From positions 124,001 through 188,000 of the forward strand of contig NC_043003.1 in assembly GCF_006345805.1 (NCBI RefSeq): a stretch of 64,000 bases of DNA. Direction: 5' to 3'. Source of the DNA: Octopus sinensis. Its lineage: Eukaryota. The position numbers were made by a program, and so were the translations under genes. Below the pieces are notes generated by a model. It saw only the letters and a program-made list of their open reading frames with translations. It had not been told where the DNA came from and did not search any database. Positions 11,550 through 23,209 of the stretch are shown piece after piece; the first letter of the stretch is position 1; each line of letters starts with the position of its first letter.

Positions 11550-12900
11550 TGAGGGGCATGGGGGGGATTTTCAAGGACAAGTTACAATTTGTGTGGTGGT
11601 TTACATAAAAGATGAGCAGAGGAAAGGGATAAGAGGGGGAAATGAGATAAAAAATATTCATAGTATACAAAATCTGTGAAACCATTTATGATGCAGTCCT
11701 CATGACACAGGAGGGCCTCCAACTTGGGACAGTCAAGGAACCCAACAGATCCAGGACCATCCTGGCCACAAAGGCCTCAAGCCCTTGCCTAACTCTAATT
11801 TGCCAATGCTTAGAGTAGGTCCATCCTATTTCTGCCATGATCACTCATCTTTTCACTAATTCATTGAGACAGCACTTCCTTCTCTATCTTCACGTTGCTT
11901 TCCAAGTAAAACTTTAAAAAACGTTGATGAGGATTTGACTGAAGAGGAAAGTGTCTCCTCAATCTTTTTAGCCTCATCCACCACACAAACTCTTTTGCCA
12001 CAGCCACTAAACAGAGGAACACTACCTTCCCTACCTTGGTAAAGGTGAGCAGTGGAGGTGATCTTCATGATGGACTCAACACATAACAACAGCTGTTTCA
12101 CATAACTTCACAACTCAGCAATGTTCAAACACTGCAGCATATGCATATGGTTTCGTTGCTCTGAATGCATCTCAGGCTGTCCTACTTGGTGGCACTTTCA
12201 TGTCTGCAGATTTTATCTGAAACTGGCAGTGCCCCCTCATTAGGACTGCTAGGCCAGGAAGTTTTGGAAATTATCCATAGTAGTCTCTGAGCCCAAAGTC
12301 CTATGAAACAGGCCAGCAAGCTTGTCCTTGTCAATGCTCGAGTTTCTCTGAGAATGTCATCGCTCTCACCCACCACTATATTTTTATATATTGCTAATGC
12401 AGAACTTCCACTGACTATATTGCCCAGTTGGTAGAGAGCACCTGATGACATTCTAGGTGTTCTTAATCTTGGTCCTTTCTTGACCCAGGACTGCAGCTCT
12501 GTTAAAGAGATGAGCAGCAGAAAAATGTGTCTTGCAAACAGAAATCACACCTGCTCACCACCCAGGAAAATCTGCAGGTGGCACAGCCTCAGTATGTCTG
12601 CACATTAGCAGCCATGACATGGTAAGCCCATCATCTAGTGGGTGTGGGCAACAGGTGAACTGCCTGGCCAATGGAATGTAGTCCATTTACAGGCTGCAAA
12701 AAAGGAGATGCTCCAGTCTGGTCGAATGTAGACAGAGGCAAGGCACACTGTTCAGACGTTATTAAGGATGCCATGTAAACATTCTCCACCTGTGTTGGAA
12801 AATTTGACTCAAGTGTTAAGAGACAGAATTCTGGTTAAGGCCGACAGCTAAGTTGATGCTGAAAACATGAAGTGAAGCATTTCCACAGATATCCTGTCAC
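11550..12900 (-). mobile_element. Old degraded Tx1/L1-clade LINE (3' part of ORF2) in FANCE intron 1
   Basis: Minus-strand GEQV*FLFARHIFLLLISLTELQSWVKKGPR matches GEQVWSPFVRHAFPQLVSMTELQSWIKKRPR of the element at 28251-30283. Confidence 0.7.
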
Positions 12901-13034
12901 CTTGAGAAAAATGCAACAATTTTACAAGAAAATATCTGAAAGATATAACAGTATCGAATCAGTGAGCTTTCACATGTGCTGCCAATAATAAAACTCAGTA
13001 TCAGCTAATAATAATAATAAAGAAGAAAAAATAA

Positions 13035-13330
13035 ACAACTATGACGATTTGAAGTGGGAAACACGAAGGTTGTGGTCAATGAAGAGAGTAGACGTGATAC
13101 CAGTAGTAATTGGTGCACTTGGAAGTATCAGCACTCAACTACCAACATGGCTGAAAAAGATGGGTGCAAGTGTGAAGGTAGAACACCTACAAAAATCAGC
13201 ATTACTTGGAACTGCAAGAATTCTTCGCAGTTTTCATGAAGCCTGACCAGTAAACAAGTGTCATGTCAGTTTGTGGACAGCTGACACTTTCCATCATATC
13301 CAGCAAAATAAACTGAGTTTTAATACAATA
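13035..13330 (+). mobile_element. R4/Dong-clade (RLE) non-LTR element 3' fragment in (TAA)n context
   Basis: YDDLKWETRRLWSMKRVDVIPVVIGALGSI...LQKSALLGTARILR is the typical RLE C-terminus. Flanked by AAT repeats. Confidence 0.75.
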
Positions 13331-13943
13331 ATAATAGTAACTGCTTCTAAGATAGGCATAAAGTCAGAAATTTAGTATGAAGGAAACAATTAATCACATC
13401 AAACTCAGTACTTGACTGGTGTTTTATTCTATCAATCCCAGAAAGATGAAAAGAAAGGGGGACTTTGGCTGGATTTGAACTTATTATCTAAAGAGAGATG
13501 ATACAAATATTGCAAGACATTTTGTCAATACTCATCAGGGCTTTTTCATACAATAAGAACATTACACATAAAGGTTACGAAAAGTGTGTGTGAGGGGGCG
13601 GGGGGGGGGCGGAGGGAGACAAAGTGATTTAAAAATGAAGGGAGAAATATAGACTTGTTATCGTCATCGAATTCTGGCCATGCACACACACTTGCTTGGA
13701 TGGACAAAGCATTGAATATCTGTAATAGAGTTCATTTGTTCAAAGCTCATGATTTACTCTGTTATTACTGAGAGTTTGGTGGCTACATGGGGGGAATTTC
13801 TAATGGCAGGGCATGTGATGAATATGTTTCAATGAGTAAAGTAGATATAAAAGCAGCAGGATGGAATTACTGACAGAATCAGTAATCAGTAAGAGGGTTA
13901 ACCTCTTACTTAGCAGACAAACTAGTGATAAAAGAAAGTAGAG

Positions 13944-13980
<37 letters not shown>

Positions 13981-14855
13981 AGTGAGAGAGAGAGATAGAG
14001 AGAGAGAGAGCACTATTATATTAGACGAGAGGTATTTAAAATGAATTGTATAAACGATCTTCAAAAATATTCTGTGGCATACCTACAGATACCTGCCGCC
14101 TACCCCTTTGACTTTGTTTATAACTCTGAAAAACGGATGTTTTTTGGGGAAATTTTCCAGAGATACACTTTAGATGGTGTAGATTAAAGTTATATCGGAA
14201 TTTGTTAAGAACAAATTTTCGGAGAAGTGGACAATCCACATACAGCGATGTTTCCTAACAACTTTCTTAAAATTGGATATTTTTTAATAATTTGTTTTTT
14301 TTTCAAATACGTTTCAGATGCTGTAGATTACGCTTATGTTGGAATCTGATATGGAAATGAGAATGGGTCGGATAATCCACACCTTGACTTTGTTTCCTCA
14401 TACATTTTGTTGAAGCGCGTGAATTATCCGCGCCCAACAATTTTTTTTGTTCACATCAAATTCAGGTATAATTCGTAGTTTACGGCATCGGAAGTGTATT
14501 TGTCGAAAATTTTATTAAAAGTATCTACTTTTCAAAACGTAAGGAGAAAACTAAGTCGGCGGGGGTGGGGCAGCCGTGCTTTTTGTATATTATCAGTTAA
14601 GTGTTTTTTTTTTGTAACGAGTTTCTGTGACTCCTTCTCTATGTTTACTTGTGGACAACAAGTAGCGAAATAATGTTCCGTTTTGCTCTCTCCCTTCTCC
14701 AAACTCAGACAATAAGCTGTCAAATCATTTTTTAGTATTTTAGACAAAGTTTTTTTTTTTCGGCTATTAAAGGTATAAAAAACTGGGATAAACTCCAGTA
14801 GACACCGATACGACAATACAAAGAAAAGGTAAAGAAGGTAAAGAACATAACGTAC

Positions 14856-15067
14856 AAGATTAAATTCTCCTCGATCAGTCGAGGTTCGAGAGAAACGAAA
14901 GACTTCAACAAAGTTTCCAATTCCGGTCTTTCTGCGAATTTCGACATCGAATTGTTTCGCCACCAGACTTCAGCTGCAACATGTGGCTTTCTTTCATTTT
15001 GAAAAGTAACAAAAAGTCCCCACCAAGCACTGGGAAGTTTCTTTACAGCACTACATTCTGCTGCCAT
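14856..15067 (-). CDS. FANCE: FANCE coding exon 1 (MAAECSAVKKLPSAWWGLF...FVSLEPRLIEENLI, phase-2 end)
   Basis: ATG at 15067, 212 nt (70 codons + 2), donor TT|GTACGT. It joins exon 2 in frame to give EPRLIEENLI-F-CPTFFLL, resembling the human FANCE EP...LEL|KPLLLRLP region as I recall it. Confidence 0.8.
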
Positions 15068-15150
15068 CCTCCTCCTCCGAACAACTCCGTTGTTGTCAGC
15101 TTCAAAGAAATGAAAGAAATTGTTGTCGATTTTCACCGACTTAAATTCGC

Positions 15151-15170
15151 CGCCATCATAGGTCACGTGG
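15151..15170. promoter_or_regulatory. Candidate FANCE core-promoter motifs (YY1-like CGCCAT and E-box GTCACGTG)
   Basis: The motifs lie about 85-100 nt upstream of the FANCE ATG in a locally CpG-rich, repeat-free stretch. The TSS is unknown. Confidence 0.3.
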
Positions 15171-16019
15171 ATATACAACTTAGGTTGTTTGTAAATTTTA
15201 ACTCGGCGAGACGAAACGTATGATCTCGCCGAAGAACCACCCGAAGAATTTAATTGCTATTCCATCAATACTGTATTTGATAGCATAAAAGACGCACGGG
15301 AATATTAGACGTACCCTAGTTCCAGCAGTGTATATTCAGGAAAAGAAGTTTTTTGTGCATTAAAGTATGTGGTAGGCCCAAATTCGTATATAGACCTAGG
15401 GTGATATTTTGAGACTTTTTTTAAGAAAGAAAAGGGAGTATTTTTACCATCAAATAAAGTAATTGATATTTTTTTCAATATATTTACTTATTAATAAATT
15501 TCTGTCCTTGTAGATCATGAAGTGGAGTGGGGGGAGGGGGGAGAAATTTGCCCCGCAACCGCATGGTTCCGTGTTCAATAATCTTGCCTGGCACTTTATG
15601 AATAGAAGACATTTTTTGGGAAATTTACCAATTTCATTCTTTTAAATTATGGATCTTTTGCCTTTGGCAAACAGAAAAATAAAAATAATAATAATGAAAT
15701 TATTGTATACAGTGTTCAGGTGCACCACAACTTGCCAAAGGATTCTAAATTATCTCCAAAGTGTTAAATTATCTCTTCGTGTTAAACAACGGGTTTGATA
15801 AAACCAAGACAGGCCCGGAATTTTCTCTGTCGGTATAACAACAACAAGAAAAAAAGGAAAAGAAAAACAACAACAACTCTCCGTTGTACATGTTTCCACT
15901 TAATTTTCAATTAATTTAATTCTCGGAGTTCTCTCTTTTCCATTCCTTGGCAAGAATTCTCACTATGGACATTGATTCAGCTGATTAAAAGTTGTTTTTT
16001 ATTCACTACGTTTAATAAA

Positions 16020-16590
16020 AGTGGAGGCACATGGCTTAGTGGTTAGAGCAGCGGTCGAGGGATCGCGTGTTCGAATCTCAGACTGGGTGATGTGTGTGTT
16101 TATGAACGAAAACACCTAAGCTCTACGCGGCTCCGGCAGAAGGTAATGGGATTCCACATAGAAAGTTCCCCTCCGAGGCACAAGTCTGGGCAAGGTTGTT
16201 TATGGAAGACCAGCAGTCGCCCATGCATACCGGCTTTCCCTTTCCACGCCACCGATTTTTTCCAAGGGAAAGGCAAAGGGGCCGATACAGCTTGGCACCA
16301 GTGACGTCTCAGCTTATTTATTAACATGCACGCCACAGATACGTGTACCCTTAATGTAGTTCTCGGGGAGATTCAGCGTGACACGGAGTGTGACAAGGTT
16401 GGCCTTTTGAAATACAAGTACAACAGAAACAGGAAGAAAGAGTGGAAGTTGTGGTGAAAGAGTACAGCAGGGTCCCCCCCCCACTGCCGTAGCCTCGTGG
16501 AGCTTTAGATGTTTTCGCTCAATAAATACTCATAATGCCCGGTCTGGGAATCGAAACCGCTGCCCTAACTACTGGGCCATTGCGCCTCCA
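16020..16590 (+). mobile_element. tRNA-derived SINE family C
   Basis: Head GTGGAGGCACATGGCTTAGTGGTTAGAGC...GTTCGAATC with A- and B-box-like motifs. Related pieces occur at 19433-19670, 20560-20740, 21210-21440 and 34020-34455. Confidence 0.65.
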
Positions 16591-17599
16591 CAATGTCTTC
16601 CATATAAAGCTTTAGACATTGAAGCATATACAAATTTTGGCTGTGAGGTTCTGAAGCATGTTTTGCAACCACGTGGTTGTTTCATCAATGACGTGTCCTA
16701 TCGATTAGTTAATTGATCACCAATTAACAGATAAATAATAAAGAGGTGAAATAGAACTAGTGTGTGTGTCCATTATGGGAATAATGACCCTCCCGAGATA
16801 CACCAAAACATATAAACTAGTTCGATGAGAACTTCATTACAGTCAGCGGGTCCCTGAATGACGTAAGGCCAATAGCAACTCTAAACAATATCATATTCAT
16901 TGTATACTTAAAAAAGAAAGGAAGAAGCAGTAGTGAGCCTTTTCGGTTGGAGCCCAGTCCATTCATTGGACCCTGAAATAATGAATATTGGATTTGCAAA
17001 AATTTGTGAAACCTCGATGCACGATGAAAAGTAATGAGATGCTAAATTTCAAGGATGCGATGAAGATATTTGGCCTCGGGAATTGCTCCATGGTTCAAAG
17101 GTGAATCACCAAATAACACATCTCTACTGAAAGATCAGTGAACAACAGAGGTGCCAGGAAACAAATGCAACTTAAAGATGGTTTAAGTACGACAGAAACA
17201 ACACAATTAGTATTAAACTATAAATTGTTTGTAATATTATTTCCTGCATTTACATGCATTTCTTTCAGAGATCTTACCACCTACTTAACTTTACGTAAGG
17301 GAATTAACTCTTAGTAGCATAAAAATTATTTCCCTTAGATTAAAAACATTATTAGTACAATGTCCAGATTTAATCTCCAATTCCACTGACTTTAATAGCT
17401 ATAAAAACACAACGACTGAAATATTTGGACACATCAGCTCTATTCACAGTTCAAATCCCATCGTCTTGCTTTTGATTTGAATTTTTTTAAAACAGTGTCC
17501 CTCAACCTTTTCACTGCATTTCCATTCCTTTAGGAATCCACAATCCTATTTTTTTTACACAACACAATTTATTTTATAACAATTTATTTAATAATGTTG

Positions 17600-18860
17600 G
17601 TTTCAAATTTTGGCACAAGGCCAGCAATTACGGGGGAGGGGCTAAGTCGACTTCATCGATTTCCAGTGGTACTTATTTTATCGACCCCGAAAAGATGACA
17701 GGCAAAGTTGACCTCAGAGGAATTTAAACTCTGAACGTCAAGACGGACGAAATGTTACTTTGCCCGGCGTGCTAACGGGTATGCCAACCCGCCGCCCTTC
17801 ATTTATTTTACTAAGGCAGAATCGTTAGCGTACCGGGCGGGTATTTCGTCTGCCGCTACGTTCTGAGTTCAAATTCATCCTTTCGGGGTTGAAGTACCTG
17901 TTACGCAACGGGTTCAATGTGATCGACTTAATCCCTTTGTCCTTGTTTGTCTCCTTTATGTTTCGCCCCCCCCCCTGTTGGCAATAAAGAAATAGATATT
18001 CTTTTCTACTAAGGCGGCGAGCTGCCAGAATCGTTAGCACGCTAAGAGGGCGAAATGCTTAGCAGAATTTCGTCTGCAGCTATGTTCTGAGTTCAAATTC
18101 CACCGAGGTCGACTTTGCCCGAAAGACAAAGTCGATCTCGGTGGAATTCGAACTCAGAACGTAAAGACAGATGAAATACTGTTAAGCGTTTCGCCCGGCG
18201 CGCCAACATTTCTGCCAGCTCGCCGCCTTCTAATTTTAATAATATTATAACAATTTAAACGCCGCCGGGGACGACGTTGCTTTTCATCCTTTCGGGATCG
18301 ATAAAATAAGTACCAGTTGCGCACTGGGGTCGATGTAATCGACTTACCTCGTCCCCGAAATTGCTGGCTTTGTGCTAAAATTTGAAACCAATATTAAAAC
18401 AGTTTATCACACAATTCTCTTGAACGAGACGCCGTTCCTTTGCAGGGTTCAGAGACAGTCATTTTGAGGAGAGGGGACAAGTCGATTTCGTCGACCCCAG
18501 TCCTTGACTAGTACTCTCTTTCATCGACCCTGAAGGAATGAAAGTTGACTCCGGCAGAATTCGAACACAGAACGTAAAGAACCGGAGGAAATACCGCTAA
18601 GCATTTTGTCCGACGTGCCAACGATTCTGCCAGCTCGCGACCTTTAATCCTTTCTACTCTTGGTATAAGTCCAGAAATTTTGGAGGAAGAGTATAATCGA
18701 TTACATCGACCCCAGTGTTCCACTGCTGCTTATTTCATCGACCCCCAAAAGGGATGAAAAGCAAAGTCGACCTCGACGGAATTTGAACTCAGAGCAGAAG
18801 TCCAAAAGAGATACTTCTAAGCATTACGTCCGGCGCTCTACCGACTCTTCCAGTTTGTCT
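17600..18860. mobile_element. Cluster of SINE family M copies in both orientations
   Basis: Repeated GGCGAGCTGGCAGAATCGTTAGCAC...GAGTTCAAATTCC...GAGGTCGACTTTGCCTTTCATCCTTTCGGGGTCGATAAA. The central block resembles the MetaSINE-type domain (recalled, unverified). Confidence 0.75.
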
Positions 18861-19814
18861 CCTTACCTCCGATGAAGAGAACATCAAAAAAGATTAACCG
18901 AAAAAAGAAAATTATGTGCTGAGGGTAAAACAATAACAAATATTATTATTATTTTTTCTTATTAATCCGATTAGTACATGTGCAGTTTTCTATGATGACA
19001 GGTTCCACGTAATGAACGCTCTTTTAATACATTCCACGTTGGTCTAAACTGAATTGCTCATAATTTTCCATTACAGAGTGACGTTAAAAGCAAAGGGGTA
19101 ATAACTATGGATACCGAAGATTAAGGAGATCAGGAGTTTTAATCTGATTGGAAATCACGATTGTTATTAGTTGAGAGTTTTAATTCTCAGAGGTGTTAGT
19201 AAAACAAGACAGAAATATCTTATTTAATTATTCACGTGAGGGACGAGTGACGTTGAAGTAAAAGCCAGGCGACAAGCAGGGACGAGTGACGTTGAAATAA
19301 AAGCCACGAGGCAAATAAAGTCCAATATTTCGATTCCGTCCCAGGCTGAACCATTATATTTATTTCCTTTAAAGAAAAGAAACTGTAATGATTGACATTC
19401 ATGTTTTCACAACAGGCATTCCTGAATTAAGTGGAGGCGCGTGGCTTAGTGGTTAGGGTGTTGAACTTCTGATCTGAAGGTTGTGGTTTCGATTCCTGGA
19501 CGGGGCAATGCGTTGTGCTCTTGAGCAAAACACTTCCTTTCACGTTGCTCCAGTCCACTCAGCTGGCAAAAATGAGTAATCCTGCGACGGATCGGCGTCC
19601 CGTCCAGGTGGGGAATTTCTACACCACTGAAACCGCGAAACCGGCCCTTATGAGCCTGGCATGGCTCGAGAAGGAACATCTATTTTTTAAAAAATTTATT
19701 CCTGAATGAAGTAAAGAACAACTCCTTTTAATTTTTGGCATAAAACCAGCAATTTTGAACGGAAAGCAAAATCGTCCTCGATAGCAACTCAACGCAAAGC
19801 TGGAAAACCGGGTG

Positions 19815-20240
19815 GGCGGTGAGCTGGCAGAATCGTTAGCACGCCGGGCGAAATAACTTAGCAGTATTTCGTCTGAGTTCAAATTCCGCCGAGGTCGACT
19901 TTGCCTTTCATCCTTTCGGGGTCGATAAATTAAGTACCAGTTATCCACTTTGTCTGTCCTTGTTTGTCTCCTCTATGTTTAGCCCCCTGGTGGGCAATAA
20001 AGAAACATGACCGTGTTGGACAAAATGCTTTACCCACAAGTAATGTCTCTCATTTCTTTATTGCCCACCAGGGGGCTAAACATAGAGGAGACAAACAAGG
20101 ACAGACAAAGTGGATAACTGGTACTTAATTTATCAACCCCGAAAGGATGAAAGGCAAAGTCGACCTCGGCGGAATTTGAACTCAGAACGTAGCGGCAGAC
20201 GAAATACCACTAAGTATTTCGCCCGGCCTGCTAACGTTTC
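19815..20240. mobile_element. Tail-to-tail inverted pair of SINE family M
   Basis: 19873-20005 is the reverse complement of 20053-20185 with one mismatch seen. Confidence 0.8.
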
Positions 20241-21106
20241 AGCCAGCTTCTCGCCGCCCCTACAACTGAAATAAAGAAATATTAATTCCACGCAGAATTT
20301 CAAAATAGCGTTACAGATCCAACACATCGGAAGTTTGTGCTGGGGCATAGCTATTGCTCTATAGCGGCAACCACCTTCATAAAATAACGACAGATTGATG
20401 AGAACCCAAAGTCTCTGCATTTTAGGGGAAGAGAATGAAATTGTAAGGTTTGTTTCTTTTGTAAGAACATTAGAAGTTATCACGGCATTGACCAGACGAT
20501 CGGCTGTTGTTTTACATCGCTGGTCACATTGCGCTTCTCATTGTTTTAGCTTTCAAAAATGATGCTAACCCGTTGGCTAGGCGAACAAGACTAGTCCTCG
20601 CAGTGTTACCCATTTACAACCGAGTGGACTGAGTGAAATGAAATATTTTGCTCAAGAACACAACGCACCTCCCGGTCCAGGAATCGAACGGACGATCTAG
20701 TGATTGTGAGTGCAGCGCCCTAACCACTAGGCCACGCGCCTTAACACACCAGAAGTTACAACTGAATAAAATGTCTTCAGCCACGAATTGAAATAATGTC
20801 CCAACTAAGTTTAGAGGACTAGAGATATCTTTTATCTTTTATTTGTTTCAGTCATTAGACTGCGGCCATGCTGGGGCACTGCCTCGAAGAATTTTAGTCA
20901 AATGAATCGACCTCAGAACTTATTTTATTTTTGTAAAGTCTGGTACTTACTTATTCTATCAGTCTCGTAAGCCAGACTGCTAAGTTACGGGGACGTAAAG
21001 GCACCAACACCGGTTGTCAAACGGTGGTGGAGGACAAATACACACACATAGAAATGTGTGTGACACAAACACACACATAGACATGTTTATGTGTGTGTGT
21101 GTATAT

Positions 21107-21152
<46 letters not shown>

Positions 21153-21159
21153 ATAATAT

Positions 21160-21190
<31 letters not shown>

Positions 21191-22590
21191 GTATATATAA
21201 ATGCACCCTTTTAAAGCCTAGCCAAGCTCATGGGCCGGTTTCAATGGCGTATGTGTTCCCCAGCTGGACGGGACGCCAGTCCATCGCAGCGTTACTCATT
21301 TTTGCCAGCTGAGTGGACTGGAGCAATGTGAAATGAAGTGCTTTGCTCAAGAACACAACGCGTCGCCCGGTCCAGGAATCGAAACCACAATCTTACGATC
21401 ATTATGCTGACACTCTAACCACTAAACCACGCACCTCCATACACACACACACATGCCAAAGGCGATTATTCCGGGTGTGCTAGGAATAATCAAATCAAAT
21501 AAACGAACAATAGAATTAACATATACGACAAGCTTCTTTCAGTTTCACTCTACTAAATACGCTTATAAGGCTTTGGTCGCCCAAGGCTAGAGTAGATAAC
21601 AATCGTGCAAGGTGCCGTGCAGTGAAACTGAACCTGAGACTAGGCGGTTTCAAGCGAGCTCCTTAACCACACAGCCATACCTGCGCTTAATAGGGTAAAT
21701 TTACTTTCAATCCACACACACTGAAACGGGCTGAAACAAAAGGGAATGAAAAATGTTTGGGGATCCTTGATTTAGGGCTCCATTATGTATGTCTGCTGTT
21801 TCCTTTCCTTATTTAAGGCAGTAGGGTGTGATTTGAAGGAGATACGTTTGCCGTTTCTAGAAGTTGGTGCGTTCACGGCTGCTGTAATGGAAACCACAGA
21901 GACTAAAATAGACGCAGAGTAGATTGGAATTAGAATAGCGTCTGAGAGAGTGAAGAAGCGAAAAGTTTTGAGTCATTCATTTGAGTGTGATTGTTGTGTT
22001 CGCTTTTGTTTCATTGCGCCCCACTAAGCAGAATGTGAGTGACAGGGGAGCCGAAAGGTATCCCAGCTGCTCAGATAGGCAATTGCCAACAATGCCCGCA
22101 TTTATATTCATGTGGGCGACTTTGTGTTTGCGCATCAAGGGTGTTTCTCTGTGTGAACTCGCGTGTGTGCCGTTGCATATGCACCTGCGACATACACCTG
22201 CATCCACCATGAGGATAGATACGTGCTTTGAAGGGTTTAGTTTTATGTGTTTAACAATGTATTAAGAATCATATGCGCTGCTGGCGTGACCATGTGGTAA
22301 GAAGTCCGCTTCCCTACCACATGGTTCCGGGTTGAGTCACATTGGGCTCAGTCTCACTACATGATACCTCGGACAAGTGTCTTCTACTATTGCCTCGGGT
22401 CGACCAAAGCCTTCTGGGTGGATTTAGTAGATACTGAAAGAAACCTGCCATGGAGGTGCTCCAGCATGACCACAGTCATTGGACTGAAACATATAAGAGA
22501 ATATAATATATGTATGTGTGTGTATATATATATATATAATATATATATATAATATATATTATATGTATATATATATATATATTATATATG

Positions 22591-22683
<93 letters not shown>

Positions 22684-22786
22684 GTATATATATATATATA
22701 ATATATATATATATGTTATATATATTAATGTATATATATATCTATATATATATATATTATTATATATATATATATATATATATATA

Positions 22787-23166
22787 CTAGCAGTATCGCC
22801 CGGCGTTGCTCGGGTTTGTAAGGGAAATAACTTAAGCATTTTTAGAGAGTTATAGCCAAAAAATAGCAAAAAGATGGAAAAAAAATGATGGTAATTTTTT
22901 TTTTAGTTAAAAAGGGGAGTTGCGCCCTAGACAGTTTGCGGGTTGTGTTTCTGATTCTCGACCCCATGTCGAATTTATCGATTTTTTTCAGACTGGGGGA
23001 ACTTTTCAAAATTTCGCTCGCTGCGTTAGTTTTGAATTATGACATTGGGGCTATGTGTGTGTCAAGTTTCATCAGAATCGGTTGAAAGCCGTGGTCAGGG
23101 TGAGGGTACAAGAAAACAGACACACAGAAACACGCACAGACAAACTGCCGTTTATATAGAGAGGGA
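22787..23166 (-). mobile_element. Non-autonomous Helitron-like element inserted in (TA)n
   Basis: The minus strand starts with TC and ends CCCGAGCAACGCCGGG hairpin + CTAG, inserted at an A|T site. Confidence 0.7.
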
Positions 23167-23209
23167 TATATATATATATATTATAATATATATATATATA
23201 TATATGTAT

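Noticed and set aside
14036-14239. ORF resembling a mitochondrial transit peptide in FANCE intron 1
   Set aside because: It starts at GTG just after an in-frame stop, with no ATG and no recognisable homology.
16020-16095. tRNA genes suggested by A- and B-box motifs here and in other SINE heads
   Set aside because: There is no complete cloverleaf, and the motifs continue into repeated SINE bodies.
19238-19310. Two copies of GGGACGAGTGACGTTGAA.TAAAAGCCA about 39 bp apart (CRISPR-like spacing)
   Set aside because: Only two units, a eukaryotic context and no cas genes; this is a simple local duplication.
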